This document shows, piece by piece, positions 38,596 through 51,782 of a stretch of DNA of 64,000 nucleotides. Below the pieces are notes generated by a model. That model saw only the letters and a program-made list of their open reading frames with translations, had not been told where the DNA came from and searched no databases. Positions within the stretch are counted from its first letter, which is position 1, and the number at the start of each line of letters is the position of its first letter. The DNA comes from Dipteris shenzhenensis (taxonomy: Eukaryota), in the NCBI GenBank assembly GCA_047967505.1, contig CM106538.1. The stretch is one strand, 5' to 3'. The position numbers and the translations under genes were made by a program.

Positions 38596-39339
38596 TATTG
38601 AGCGGAAGAGAAAGAGGAGAGAGACGGACACAAGAGTTGTGTTGAGAGGAAGAGAAAGAAGAGAGAGACTGGAACACAAGAGTTGCTCCTAATAAAGTGA
38701 TTCTATTCATAGATCATAAGCATATATATAGTTGAGGACTAGGCTAAGGTAGGGAAAGCTATATATAGCTCTAACACCCCCACTCAAACCAAGCCACTCA
38801 AACCAGGCCCTCTAGCTACAGATGAAAAAAACCCTTGGGGAGTACAAGGGAAAAACCCAAGCGACTATATATATCTATGTGAAAATATATATACAAAGGA
38901 TGGCCATATGCCAATTTGAATGATATAGTGTAATGCTGGATGATACAATCGAAATTGCATGTGGATGCATGTGGATAGTACAAGGGCATAAGAGAAGCAC
39001 TTGTCCATAGTATAGTGCAAAGTATAGGGGTTTGGTGCATGATACAGTGCAAAGTATGTGTGAAAAATAGAAAAATTTTCTTGGAAATCTCAACTTGTTT
39101 GACATAGTGACGATGCAAAATCAGGGCTTGAGATCTTCAACTTCGATGTTTGAGCTCTTCATCTAAATAGTAGAGCTTGTTTCTCCAAGTTCAATTTGGT
39201 CAAACCTCCTCAAACCTTTATAATCATGCCTTCATGTTTTGCACAATTCATCCACATAAAATGACCGATTTCATGCAATGTATATGAACACAACAAATAT
39301 ACAAGTGTCCGTTTCTATTGTACCAAGAATGAATGTATG

Positions 39340-40520
39340 AGGAAATTGCTTTGGTCACTCTAAAGATGAGTATGGAGGGGAGATTTGAGATGTCCACAAA
39401 GCCAGGGCTAAAATGTCTCTTGGGTAGTGTAAGAAAACCGTAGCAACACAATAGGAAGGCCCATAAGTTCCTGCAAATCAAGAACCAATAATCCAAAAAC
39501 ACAACGAGTATTCGAGCATCCTGAAGTATCGGATTTGATATGTCCATAAAGCCAGGGCTGATATGTCGCTTGCGTAGTGTAAGAAAGCCATAGCAACACA
39601 ATATAAAAGCCCATAATGATCTTGCAAATCAAAAACCAATAATCTAGAAATGCAATGAGCATCCGGACATCCGAAAGTACCGAACAATTGAGCATCCCAG
39701 AAGTACCGAACAATTGGGTAGCCAGAAGTACCAAACAACTAAAAATATGAACAATTGGGGATCCCAGAAGTACCGAATAACTGCGCAACCAAAAGTACCG
39801 AACAACCAAAAATACAACGAGAATAAGCCATGCACATATGACAAGAGGCAAGCTTGTGTGGATTAGACATAGCTTACATAATCATAATGAGAATGAAATA
39901 ACAACCTCTTCGCATCCGAAAGTATCGAACAACTGGGAAGATGAGCATCCAAGATTACAAAGAACATGCATAAGTAACCAAAAAAATGGGCATCTGAGCG
40001 GTGATCACATCCAAGCAAGTACTCAACAGTAATGTATATGTGCCACATCCAAACGAGTACTTAATAAATAATCCATATGTGCCACGTCCAAACGAGTACT
40101 CAAGAAGTAATCCATATGTGTTCATCTGAAAGACGTTGAACCTTGCCACATGCAAATGAGTATGCAATATGACCATGTCCAAATGAGTACTCAATAAGTA
40201 ATCCATATGTGTCCATCGTGAAAGCCAGATAAATATGTGTTGCATCCAAATGAGGACTTAGTAATAATGTACCACATCTAGACGAGTAAATATGTGTCAC
40301 ATCCAAACATGGAGTCAGTAATAATCCATGTACCATGTCCAAACAAGTAATCAAGTAGTTAGCCATATGCCACATCCAAATGAGTACTCAAGCAATTAGC
40401 CATATGTGTTCATAAATATTGTCACCTGAAAGACATTAGACCTTGCCATGTTCAAACAAGTATGCCATAAGTAATCCATAGATGCCACGGCCAAACGAGT
40501 ACTCAATGAGTCAGCCATAG
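39340..40520. repeat. Three adjacent tandem-repeat blocks in the 3' region of the nested element
   Basis: About 130 bp duplication (39385-39660); about 30 bp GAAGTACCGAACAA units (39660-39815); about 40 bp CCACATCCAAACGAGTACTCAA units (40005-40520). Confidence 0.85.
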
Positions 40521-41010
40521 GTTTTCATCGTCGTGAAAGACATATAAGTATACCTCACCACATAAAGGGAGAAATAAAAGTATGCCTTGCTTGAACCAAT
40601 AAGTAAATACATACCATAAGTCATCAATAAGTTAATCAACAAAGAAGGAACAAATTTTTGGTCTAGCAAGACCTTGCATGCACTATAGATGAGTATGAAA
40701 AACAAAGTAGATGTACTCATCCTGTAGGTATCGAATGTGCATTGAGTTCGTTGGATTATATCTAGGCATCTATGCAAACCTGCATGTACTTGGAGAAACA
40801 ACTGAGTACTGTGATGAAAGAGAACATATGAGCTCACCTTGGAAATAAATGAGTGCCTTGAAAACGACAAGAAAACATGTGAGAAGCACCTTTGCATATG
40901 TGACGTAACGTATCCAAGGAGTAATGATATCAAAGCTAAATAGAAAAGAAACATTGAAAGAAAACATGTTCGAATGTTAACAACATAAAACATTCGGCAA
41001 GTCCTTTTCT

Positions 41011-43164
41011 TGTTGGGTGTAAGTGCTCCACTAGGAGTGCTCTTTGTGTGTGGTCCTTTGTGTGTGAGTGTGTAGGTGTGCCATGTGGCACCTAGGGATT
41101 TATCCCATATAGATTAGTGTGTGGTACATTGTACTTGGCACTATATATTGTAGTGTCACATCATGAATAAATCAATCTAGATCTTTGTGCCTTCTACCAT
41201 GTGTACTTTCCGTTCATTTCTCTTTCATCCTTAGATTTTAGGATGATACCAATTCCCAACAATTGGTATCAGAGCCATAGACTCCTCATCCATAGCTCCC
41301 TCTTCCTAGCTCATAGTTAGTCTACTCTAGTTTTTCTCCCTCTTCTAGCTTATCTCCTAGCTCCCTTTCATCTTATTCTCTTCTCCTCTCCTTCACCTCA
41401 GTCATAGCTCACCTAGCCTAACGTAGATTCTTCTTCCCTCTCAGCTCGAGATTATCCTCTCCAAACTCCTCTATTTCTGGTTGCAGGCCGCCATGGTTCT
41501 GGTTACACCTACCTCTAGCTAAGCGCGGAAATGCTTCTCTTCATAGGCCCGCACCCCTTCTGGTTCGTGTCAAGATGTTTCACGCCCTGCATCAATCTTT
41601 CTCAGGCTGCTGGCTGCGAACACCTTTCCAAGATTGTGCGCATCTCATGAGCTGCTCGTGACCGGAAAACTTTGGGCTGTGCACATGCCCTCTCTCCATC
41701 TCGATGTGCCCACGTCTTCTTTCATGATACGATGCTGGTCGCTTCCATTTTACTGTCGCAGAAGAAGGCCATCCTTCTCTGTTGTGCTACTGATGGCCGT
41801 CATGATCTGAAGCATATCCCTGTTGCTACTGCGTGACATTTCTACTGGAGGGGTTTGTTCCTGATCAACATGTTGCTTTTCATGGCTTCTCTAAGGCTGC
41901 TCAAGCTGTCGACAGCCATCTCTTCTTTATTCATTATCTTCGATATAAGGTGATGCTGCAGCAGTGCGCCACACTTCCTTCTCAAGCTGCACTGCACACA
42001 TTCATTTTGTGATTGGTCTCTACTCAAGGTTCTGCTGTCCTCTGTTATATTCAGCAAGAAAGTATTGTTCTGCTTCTTTTTGGATATCTTGCTGAAGAAC
42101 AAATTATTTTTCTGCTCTTGATTATGTGGTTCCAAAGGGAGTTGTTTTCACTCAGATATTCTGATATCTCAGCTCTTTGTTGCGTTCTCTTGCCATACAA
42201 AAAGATGTATTTTTTATGAGCTACAGATTTTTATTTCAGTTCTCTTCTCAAAGATATTAAAGAATTGAATCTTATTTCTCATGTAAGGGATTAGACACTG
42301 CCACGAAAAGTGGTAAGACCTTCCCATTTTCTTCATGGTTCTACTGGGTTCTATGCACTTGCCTTGTGCATAAAAAGATTTATTCTCCATGATGATATTT
42401 TATGATTATGGGTACTCTACCCTGGTACAGCCTAAAATGAATCTCTCCTTTTGTACACACCTTTGGCCACCACATGATGTAGGCCATGTGGAAGATCTCT
42501 CTTTTATGTGTGTTTTGATATGTGTAATGAGTTGTGGGCCTTATTATTTTGTCCCTACCCATGAGGCACCCCTGACATGGCATGAGAAACTGGACCATGA
42601 GTACCAGATTTATCCTTGACCAGCAGGAGAGATGTCCCTTGAGGAGGGTTATGTGGCAAGTTCCATCTCTCTCTCTCTCTCTCTATGTGATTGTGTTTAC
42701 CAGATCCTTCTCTTGTCTCTACCCTTGGAAACTCATAACTGGCATGTGACACTAGTGCTATGAGATTTATCCTTGACCAGAGACACTGGCATGAGAAACC
42801 ATAAGCCTAGATTTATCCTTGACACAGTATGAGGATATTCCTTGAGGAGGGGTTCTTTGGATCTTGGTTCTTTTGTGGTTTTTGTCCTCCTAGTGTATCA
42901 CTTAAGGAGGGTTTGTTGGGTGTAAGTGCTCCACTAGGAGTGCTCTTTGTGTGTGGTCCTTTGTGTGTGAGTGTGTAGGTGTGCCATGTGGCACCTAGGG
43001 ATTTATCCCATATAGATTAGTGTGTGGTACATTGTACTTGGCACTATATATTGTAGTGTCACATCATGAATAAATCAATCTAGATCTTTGTGCCTTCTAC
43101 CATGTGTACTTTCCGTTCATTTCTCTTTCATCCTTAGATTTTAGGATGATACCAATTCCCAACA
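41011..43164 (+). mobile_element. Young non-coding LTR retrotransposon (large TRIM / small LARD type), 2154 bp
   Basis: 251 bp LTRs 41011-41261 and 42914-43164, identical by eye (TGTTGGG...CCCAACA); TSD TTTCT; PBS TGGTATCAGAGC 41264-41275; PPT AAGGAGGG 42904-42911; no gag/pol ORF. Confidence 0.96.
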
Positions 43165-45229
43165 TTTCTTTCATAGGATGGACCAACTTATGAAAGTGAA
43201 GCTCGTGTTGAATACATGACGATGAGCTCAAGTAAGATGTTAGCTTAAAAGAGAGAAAGAAACATTAGATTGTCATTTTCTTCTACATATCGAGCACACG
43301 TACATGATATTTATCCTACTCCAAATCAAATATGTGGCCTATAGGCATGCTTGATTAACAAAGATGAAAGAGAACCTGCTTTCAAAATTATAAGATAATT
43401 GAAAGTAATTCTCACCTTCACAATAACATAAAACATTTAGGAAATCAAAAGTAAATGATAAGATAATCGAAGAAAATCTAGCCTTCAAAACAATACAAAA
43501 TATTTTGGAAGCTCCTTTGAATCAATCAGCTCATGCTGAAAGTAAAGCTTGATATAGAATATTTGGCAAGTCTCTTTAATCGAGATTTATGAAAACTTGA
43601 AGCTGTAGCTAAACTTGCTAGCAAAACATAATAATACATGTATTATCATTGTGAATAAAGCACCAATCATATGAATGTAGTGGAATACAAATAACATAAC
43701 CTCTCAAGTAAAATATCAAGAAGAAAGCATTGTACTAAACTACGATGATATCATGGTTCCCAATCATGTACAACATTAAAGAAAGTTGGTTTATCTCTAT
43801 ACCAACAGGCAAAGAAAAGCTCCAACACATAGATGCATGTCATAGTGATTGCTGAAAAACAATCAAGTTTTGTGAGGCACCTGAGTATATATATTAACAA
43901 AGCTCTTTGGTTGAAGGACATTCTATAAATGTTGAGTAGCAAAGCACTTACACAAAGACTCAGCAAGCGATGAACTAAATAAGAAACTAGTCAATAAAGG
44001 ATGCACTAAATAAAAAACTAGCTTAATATATGTGAAGCATCATTGGCTTTTACTTTTACAAAAGTAGCATGAAACCACGAGTGCTGAAGCACTAAACTCT
44101 TGTTTTCACTGATGACCTAATAGAAATAAAAAATTGCTTTCATATGATAGATAACCTTTTGTCCAAGTGATTTTCTCAATCAACTTTCTGGTCTGTCAAA
44201 CGTATATAATTATCACTACAAAAGCATAAAGATTGGGCTACCTTACTCTTAATGACAAGATTGAGACTCTACTTGGCATCGATTAGATAAGATCTTGATT
44301 CCTAAAGATTGACTACGCTTACAACAACGATCTTGCGCTCTTGGATTTTATGGATATGTCCAATGGGTGTTGGGTCTCCTCTTCATCTAAATTTTTATGG
44401 AGTCCTATAGCTAAAGAAGTTTGCTTTATGTGATTGAGCATCTTATTTCTTCATGTGGGAATGTAAAAGCATGATATGCCAGTGTGTTAAATCCAAGGGA
44501 ACACAAATACTGAGTGCAAGATGGTGTGATCAACTGGTGGAAGTACTGAAAGCGAGAGGGTGACACCGTATCAAGAAGCTTCTTTTCATTAAGTATATAT
44601 ATTTTTATTGCTTTTGCTTTTGGTTTAAATATTTTTGATTCTATGAAAGTATGCACTTTCTCCATCCTCATGTTCTACATGAATTCTTCTCTGTTATGAG
44701 TGTTCATCTTCCTGTCCAAACACTCTTCTACCAGTTTATTGATAGCACGCAGCAAAAAGAAATAACCATAACTTTCTTACCTGAAATCGGAATATAGTGA
44801 TCCAGCCAGTCAAAATAACTGGCGCATATGCTTTGAACAAGCCACCATGGGCTGTTTTCATCAATCATGACCATAACACTGATTTGTGATGCATCTTTGA
44901 TAACTTTTGCATATCGACTCAAAACTTAGCAATCAAGTAGTTGAAAAGATAAGAAAGAACGTTATCTGAATGATCATGTTGCCAGATTAACAAAAAAAAT
45001 ATCGCTTTCTCCTCATAGTCACCCTAGAGCATAGCCAGGCTCTGATCTCATGTTGAGAGGAAGAGAAAGAGGAGAGAGAAGGACACAAGCATTGTGTTGA
45101 GAGGAAGAGAAAGAGGAGAGAGACCAACACAAGAGTTGCTTCCAAGAAAGTGATTCTATTCATAGATCATAGGCATATATATAGTTGAGGACTAAGCTGA
45201 ACTAGGGCAAGCTATATATAGCTCTAACA

Positions 45230-46343
45230 TGTACATGGCTTAGCCACCTGGGTTTGAGGCCCCCCATTCTAAGAACAAGGTATGTAAACTGAAGAAGGCT
45301 CTGTACAGGCTGAAACAGGTCCCAAGATCATGGTACCAATGGATAGACAAATTTTTTCATAAATTAAACTTCAAAAGATGTGCCTCAGATGCTAACTTGT
45401 ATGTGTACAGGAAAGGTGGAAAATTTGCTATTATTGTTCTATATGTGGATGATCTCCTTATTACAGGTGACTATGAAGACATGATCCAGCAAACTAGAAA
45501 GGCATTGAGCATAGAGTTTGAGATGACAGACTTAGGCTTGATGCACTACTATTTGGGGATTGAAGTCTGGCAAGAGCCATGCAAGATCTTCATCTCTCAC
45601 CAGAAATATGCAAAGGAGATCTTGAAGGCATTTGGTATGTCCGAGTGCAAGGAGATAGCTACACCTATGGAGGTAAAGCAAGGTTGTCTATGGAGGAAGG
45701 ATGCCTCACCACCAACAGACATCGAGAGGTATAGGAAGTTGGTCAGAAGTCTCATCTATCTGTGCAACATACCAGACATCAGTTTTGCTATTGGCGTTTT
45801 GAGCAGATTCTCCAATAAGCCCCAAGAGAATCATTGGAATGCAAGGATGCGAGTGCTCAAAATGTGAAGGGCACTCTTGATTATGGCATCACATATGGTA
45901 TGGGCACTTCCTTGGTTGGTCATTGTGACTCAGATTGGGCTGGAGATGTTGATTCCATGAAATTAGATTTTGGATATTGTTTCTCTTTAGGTTCAAGTAT
46001 CTTCTCTTGGATCCATAAGAAACAACCAATAGTGGCATTGTCTTCTACCAAGGTTGAGTACAAGGCAGCATGTTTTGCTGCATGTGAAGCAGTGTTGCTG
46101 AGGAGGATCGTATGGCACATGGGAGTGCAAGAGGATGAGGCAATTGTGCTGAGGTGCAACAATCAAAGTTGCATGGCCATTGCTGAAAATCCAGTGTTTC
46201 ATGCATACACGGAACATATAGAGATTCAATATCACTATGTGCATGAGTTGATCAAGGATGGGATAGTGGAATTGGTCTACTATCCAACAGACCAAAATGG
46301 AGCATATATCTTCACCAAGGCACTTGGGAAGGATCAGCTTTAG
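45230..46343 (+). pseudogene. Copia pol 3' part (RT and RNase H)
   Basis: KLKKALYRLKQ; VLYVDDLLITG; EFEMTDLGLMHYYLGIEV; CDSDWAGD; KKQPIVALSSTKVEY; TEHIEIQYHYV; IFTKAL. Confidence 0.93.
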
Positions 46344-46411
46344 GGTCATCTTTAGAGACTCGACATTGGGCCGAGAAGGTAGTTCACCTATGTGTGGACA
46401 TTGAGGGGGGG

Positions 46412-47039
46412 TATTAGATATGCTCAATGCCCCACCCTCCTGGTAACCACCAGTGGTCCAAGGTGCTCAAGTTGTAAGGCCCTCATATGAGGAGAAGCCA
46501 TGTGTGAGCGTGAGACATTGGATGGATCCTGACTTGCATATGTCAGATGAGGTCTATCAACAATGAGACTGTTGATGGTACAAAGGTGATTGTGTGGGAG
46601 CCCCTTGCTCTAGTTAGGGTCCCACGAGGGGCCAGCGGCCCCCTTGGTGGGGGTTCGAGGGTGAGATCCCCTGAGGCGATGCTATAGGGAATATTCCTTG
46701 AATATTTCATGGACGACTAGTCAGTGACTAGATTGACTGGTCGGCTCCACCGACAGGTTGATTGGTCGGTTCCACCAACTACGTTGATCCGACTACCGCC
46801 TTTATAGCTATAAAGAGGTGACCTCCCCAGTCCATTGTATCAGATCAGTTTAGATCAGATCAGATCTTCCAGCTAGTAGCTCTTCATCTAGTATCTGTCT
46901 AGATCGCCATCTAAGCTCTACTGTGGGAGCGCGGAGCCATCATCTGTACTACACATATAGAAAATTTTGTTCCTCCAGTTTGTTGTGTACTCTCTATTCT
47001 TTGTTCAGTTTCTGCTCCACTTCACCGTGTAATTTAACA
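46412..47039 (+). repeat. 3' LTR of Copia 2
   Basis: Follows the PPT; begins TATTAG (TG changed to TA) and ends TTAACA. Confidence 0.85.
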
Positions 47040-47104
47040 CCAACATTCGTAAAGCACAAATTGACCTATGGTCCATTTGGAAACAAAAACATTTTTTGAA
47101 TTTT

Positions 47105-47207
47105 TGTGTGTGTGTGTGTGTGTGTGTGATGATCAAAACGACCTAAGTTCTATTTGCAAAGCCTAGTGATTGTGTTTGACACATAGAGAGAGAGAGAGAG
47201 AGAGAGA
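47105..47207. repeat. (TG)n and (AG)n microsatellites
   Basis: (TG)12 at 47105-47128 and an AG run at 47185-47207. Confidence 0.9.
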
Positions 47208-50200
47208 CATTTAAAAAATAACCATTATATTAATTTGTGTTTTTTATTTATAGGCATTAGGTCATTGTTTGCTTGGGCATAGCCATTTTTTGTGAGGTTC
47301 AAGGTCTTTTCTTTATATAGGTAGCTTGCATGACCTATAACTTTTGCATTGCTCAACGGAATTCAGCAAGATTTGTCTTCAAGTTGTAGTACACATTCGA
47401 AACTTGAACATGAGAGCAAAAGATATTGGAATGAGACCATTAAAGCATTACAAGTGCTATGTTGCATGTGAAGCATGCATCTTGAAGACTATAGGATATA
47501 GCAATTTATTCAAAAACATCAAAATTTTATTCTATAGATACATGCAACCAAGTAATCATTCAAAAGAACACGATGTGAGCTTCTCCTCAACCCAAGAAAA
47601 CACCTAAATGAGAACATTAGGCTCGGTTTAATGGGCCTCAAATGTTGTGCTAAAGTGATGCATACGCATTTGAGGCTCCATATCTTTTTTTGTATTTGTT
47701 GAAAACCAAAATGGACTGAAAATTTGGAATCCAACTAGTGGGACTACTGCATGGTGGTCTTAAAATATTGATAATTGTTGGTATTGGTATCTAGATTCAT
47801 GCTAAAATTAAAGAGTTGAAAAAGTGCAATTCGTCCATGTGAAAAGATATTTTAATAAATCCAACATTATTTACAATTTTGAATTGTTTATTTTTCCATG
47901 CACTTGCTTTCTATATGGCTCTCATAAGCATGCCAAAGCTCATTGCATTTAATAATACATAGCATCAAACCTAATAGTGTACCCTCTGGCCTATTTGTGT
48001 TTTGAAGCATTTTAGGCCACATTGCACTTGTTTGGGATATCCAATTCTGTTGACGTGTATCGCCGGAGGGGGGAAAACCAATGGCTAAAATTTAGTTACT
48101 CCCGCAAATTTCAAATTTTCATACCTCCATCAAATCTTGGAAGATTAAGTACCTAAAACTTGCCCCCACCCTACAAATGCCTTGCAACCCACATGCAGCT
48201 CGACGTGATCTTGTGCAGACTTTGGTTTACCATCGTCGTCTTTCGGGTAAATTGTCTTCTATTCTTTGCTTGCCTCACCAGCTAGGTTCTCTGACGCTCA
48301 ACCTAGACCTTGAATTCTTATTGGACCTTCCTGTAACAAATCCCATACAGAGAATTGGTGTAGGGGTTTTGGGGGGGGGGACATAGAAGAGTGTAAGGCT
48401 AAGTGGTTGTGAAACTATTGCAAATCTTCCACTTGTGTGATTGAAGGCCCTACAAAATGATAATTTACTAAGGACATCCATCAAGCTCGATCCAACTCAA
48501 CACACAATAAGAATGTAGCTTTTTTCTTAGATAGGACTATAAAGAAGTTCAGTGAAAAGAAGAAGCACATAGCAAGTACCCTTAATGCCCCTTTACAAAT
48601 CTATTGAAGACATTCCAATCATTCTCATCCAAAGTATATTTGTTGCTATTACATTCATAGGTGAGGTCTGCCAATGCAATGATGATCTCAATATCTATCA
48701 TGCAAGGTTTGTAAGGTCATATGTGAATAATCTTGAGCCTTTTGCCTTTTGATACCACCCAAGTTGGACTTCTACTCCATAAGGTCTATTTGAGAGGTTG
48801 AACCCTCTCTTATATTCCACATATCCCCCACCAGCCTTTCTCCTCATTTTTTGAACTTGTCCATGATACCAGATAGCTTGTTTCTTATTTCTTTGCGAAG
48901 AGATTGGATTGCATTTCCTTTTGCTTTCTCTCATTTTGTCTTCTTCTTGAAAGTATATAGCATGGTTAGAAGTATTCCAAATATGTTCTCATCTGATGCA
49001 GCAAGAGGTATCTCTTCCTTATAGTAGTATACTCCTTGTTAAACCCTTGTAAGTCTATCGTTAGAGAGTGTGGGATTTCCATTAAGCTGGCTTGCAATGT
49101 GGACTTAAAGAGAGTATTACCATCAATGCTAACAACTGGGTTTACTAGTTCTTGTTCTCTAGGAGAGAATCTGCCAAATGTCTAATTTCACTTATTGAGG
49201 TACCATTTTTATTGTCCTCTATTTTCTACACATGATCTGCTTGTTGGTCTTCTTCTTCAGAATTAGATTCTTGTGCATATGCACTTGCAAATCCAACTGA
49301 CTAACTTTCTAGCCATGGCTTCAAGTCCTCACCCTTTGGCTTCATATGCAAATGTTCACACATTTCATGAGCACTTTTCATCCCTTTATTCAAAGATTCA
49401 ATTATTTTAGCATCAATTGAGATACAATTATAGTCTCCTAGATTAGCTTTCGGCATGTTCTCTTGGAGGTTCAATTCCCTCTAGAGATGTTCTTGCTTCT
49501 TGGTCCTTGTAAATAAAGGACTAGCCTCTTTACATTCAAAGTGTGCAAGCTTGGTCAGACTACCAACACTATGCCGAAGTCATAAGCACGTTCTTGTCCC
49601 ACCATGTTTCCAATCTTACTGAAGAAGATTTCAGCTACATCTGATGTTGTAAGATGTAAAGGGCACCTAATGCTTGGACAAAATTCTCTAAATTACTTTA
49701 CTAATAAGACCACAAAATGGCATGAGAGCTGTACACTTAAGAAAGCCTCTATTCAATTTATAGTGTGTATGATGAACAATCTAAGACCTCCAAATCTAGA
49801 AGAAAAAGGAAAGTTTGCCCACAAGATGGACTCGGTCCACAAGGCTCAAGTGTGACGACAAGAACATGCCAATGTAGTCTCTGAAAATTTCAAGATAAGC
49901 TTGTGTTCCCAACATGCTCCTCTCTTTTCTATGCATTCCATTGGTTGCCAATTCCCCCAAACACCATTGCACTTGCCCACTACCATGGATGATATTTTCA
50001 ATTTAGTTTTGTTAAGAAGCTAATCTTTTATATTGGCATCAAAATTCTATATGCCCTAATAAAAATAAATGTTTGAAATATTCGCAACGATTTGAAACTT
50101 TCATGCAAGAAAATATAAAGTTTCGCAAGGATTTGCATTTTTTCCTTCAAAATTCAAGAGGAAATATATAAAAAAGTACTACATTCTTAGATCGTGACAC

Positions 50201-51279
50201 CCATGAAGTCTTTGAATGATGACAGCTGTTGTAAGGCCTTCAACCTTCAGTTGCTCTATTGAAATTTCCTTCTAATCATGACACCCATGAGGTTTTTGAA
50301 AGATGACATGTGTAAGGCTTCCAAGGTGAAATCCTCATCTTCAGCTAGTTGAGTTTGATTTAATATCCCACTGTATATACTCACATTGAGTCAAAAACAT
50401 TTACTTAAACTCCATGATAAAAATCTAACTGTACATGTAATGTATATCATTGATCATTTGTCATTAAGCAATAATGTGGAATTTGCCTATGGCATTGTTT
50501 CATATGGATCTATCCAAGTTGCCTTGTGAGATCAATAGTAAAACCCCTCATAGGCATTGCATTGAAATAAAGCTAAAATCATGTTCTAGAGAGATAGGAT
50601 TTAGCAAAAGCTCCACACGTGAAGATCAATATCTAACCCATGCACATAACAAGGATATCATCCATTAGACCAATGAGTGATAGTGCCGCTTCATCTTTTT
50701 CCTTCCAGGCATCATTTTGTGCAATGGGTATTTCTTCTTTAGCATGGATAATCCCTAGTCATTTTTTGATTTGCCTTATTTTTTACTAACCTTTATATCT
50801 ATTTTGCAAAAGTGGTTTACGCATTTACTATTGGCATTCATTTTTCATTTTGGTGCTTATTATACAGATCCACTTTTATTCACTTATTATCAGTAGGTAG
50901 GGAGTAAGTTTCACATGGTGGGTTTACTCCCCACCATGTGGTCTTACCCTTTGGGTTAGGGGTGGGCCACACACACACACACACATATGGATACTTCACC
51001 AAGTACAAAAACAAAATCTAACTCTGACAACCTCAAAAAATTTAAACACCAAGCTTTTTTCTAGAAAAATAAATCTATCTTGAGAGCACAACCTTATAAT
51101 ATACTCATATAAACTAGTTCCATTTTAAACACACTTATAATTGACTAATATACATCCACAAATCTAGAATTAACACATTTCATTCAATTTAAAATCATCA
51201 TAAAAAATCTAGTGCCAATTAATAAAATTTTAATCTACTCCTACTTAAATAAAATCATATGTGTGTACTTCTTAGAATG

Positions 51280-51782
51280 TGTGTGTGTGTGTGCACGTGC
51301 ACACGCATGTGGGCAATCATCAAATCGACCTAAGGTGGATTTGCAAAGCTTGGCCATTGTGTTCAACAACCTATGCTATCACTTCTCAAATCAACCCAAG
51401 GTTGATTTTAGTGTGTGTGGGTGTTTGAGAATATGTTTGTATGTGCATTTGATTGATCTTCAAATCGACCTAAGGTCAATTTGTAAAGCTTAGAAACACC
51501 CTATGCTATCACTGCTCAATTCAGCCTCGGATTGTTTTGTAGTGTGTGTGAGTGATTATCTAAGGTGGATTTGTATAGCTTAGCCATTTAGTTCAACAAC
51601 CTATGCTATCACTTCTCAAATCAACCCAAGGTTAATTTATAGTGTGTATGGATAAGTCTTAGAATGTGTTTCTTTGTCTGTGTAATTCTTAGAGTATTTT
51701 TGTGTGTGTGGGAGAGTGATCATCAAATCAACCTAAGGTCGATTTGCATAGCTTGTCCATTCTGTTCAACCACTTATGCTAT
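51280..51782. repeat. Degenerate tandem repeat with palindromic core CAAATCGACCTAAGGTCGATTTG
   Basis: Units near 51320, 51460, 51560 and 51722; related motifs at 47055-47165. Confidence 0.8.

Larger units (their letters stand above)
38596..45229 (-). mobile_element. Non-autonomous LTR retrotransposon with ~180 bp LTRs, inserted antisense into the Copia 2 RT
   Basis: LTRs 38596-38776 and 45051-45229; 5 bp TSD TGTAC (38591-38595, 45230-45234); PBS-like GCTCTGATCTCA 45039-45050; PPT complement CCCCCACTCAAA from 38777. Removal restores EEVYMA*PPGF. Confidence 0.93.
35309..47039 (+). mobile_element. Ty1/Copia element 2, decayed, with nested insertion at 38596-45229
   Basis: Partial 5' LTR 35309-35580; degenerate PBS TAATATCAAAGC 35581-35592; gag-PR-IN-RT-RH order; PPT GAGGGGGGG 46403-46411; 3' LTR 46412-47039. 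Confidence 0.93.

Noticed and set aside
40005-40520. Regularly spaced ~40 bp repeats resembling a CRISPR array
   Set aside because: Units are degenerate tandem copies without unique spacers, lie inside a plant LTR element, and no cas genes are present.
48050-49900. Possible Gypsy gag remnant on the minus strand
   Set aside because: Only vague compositional resemblance; no clear motif, LTR or PBS that I can support.
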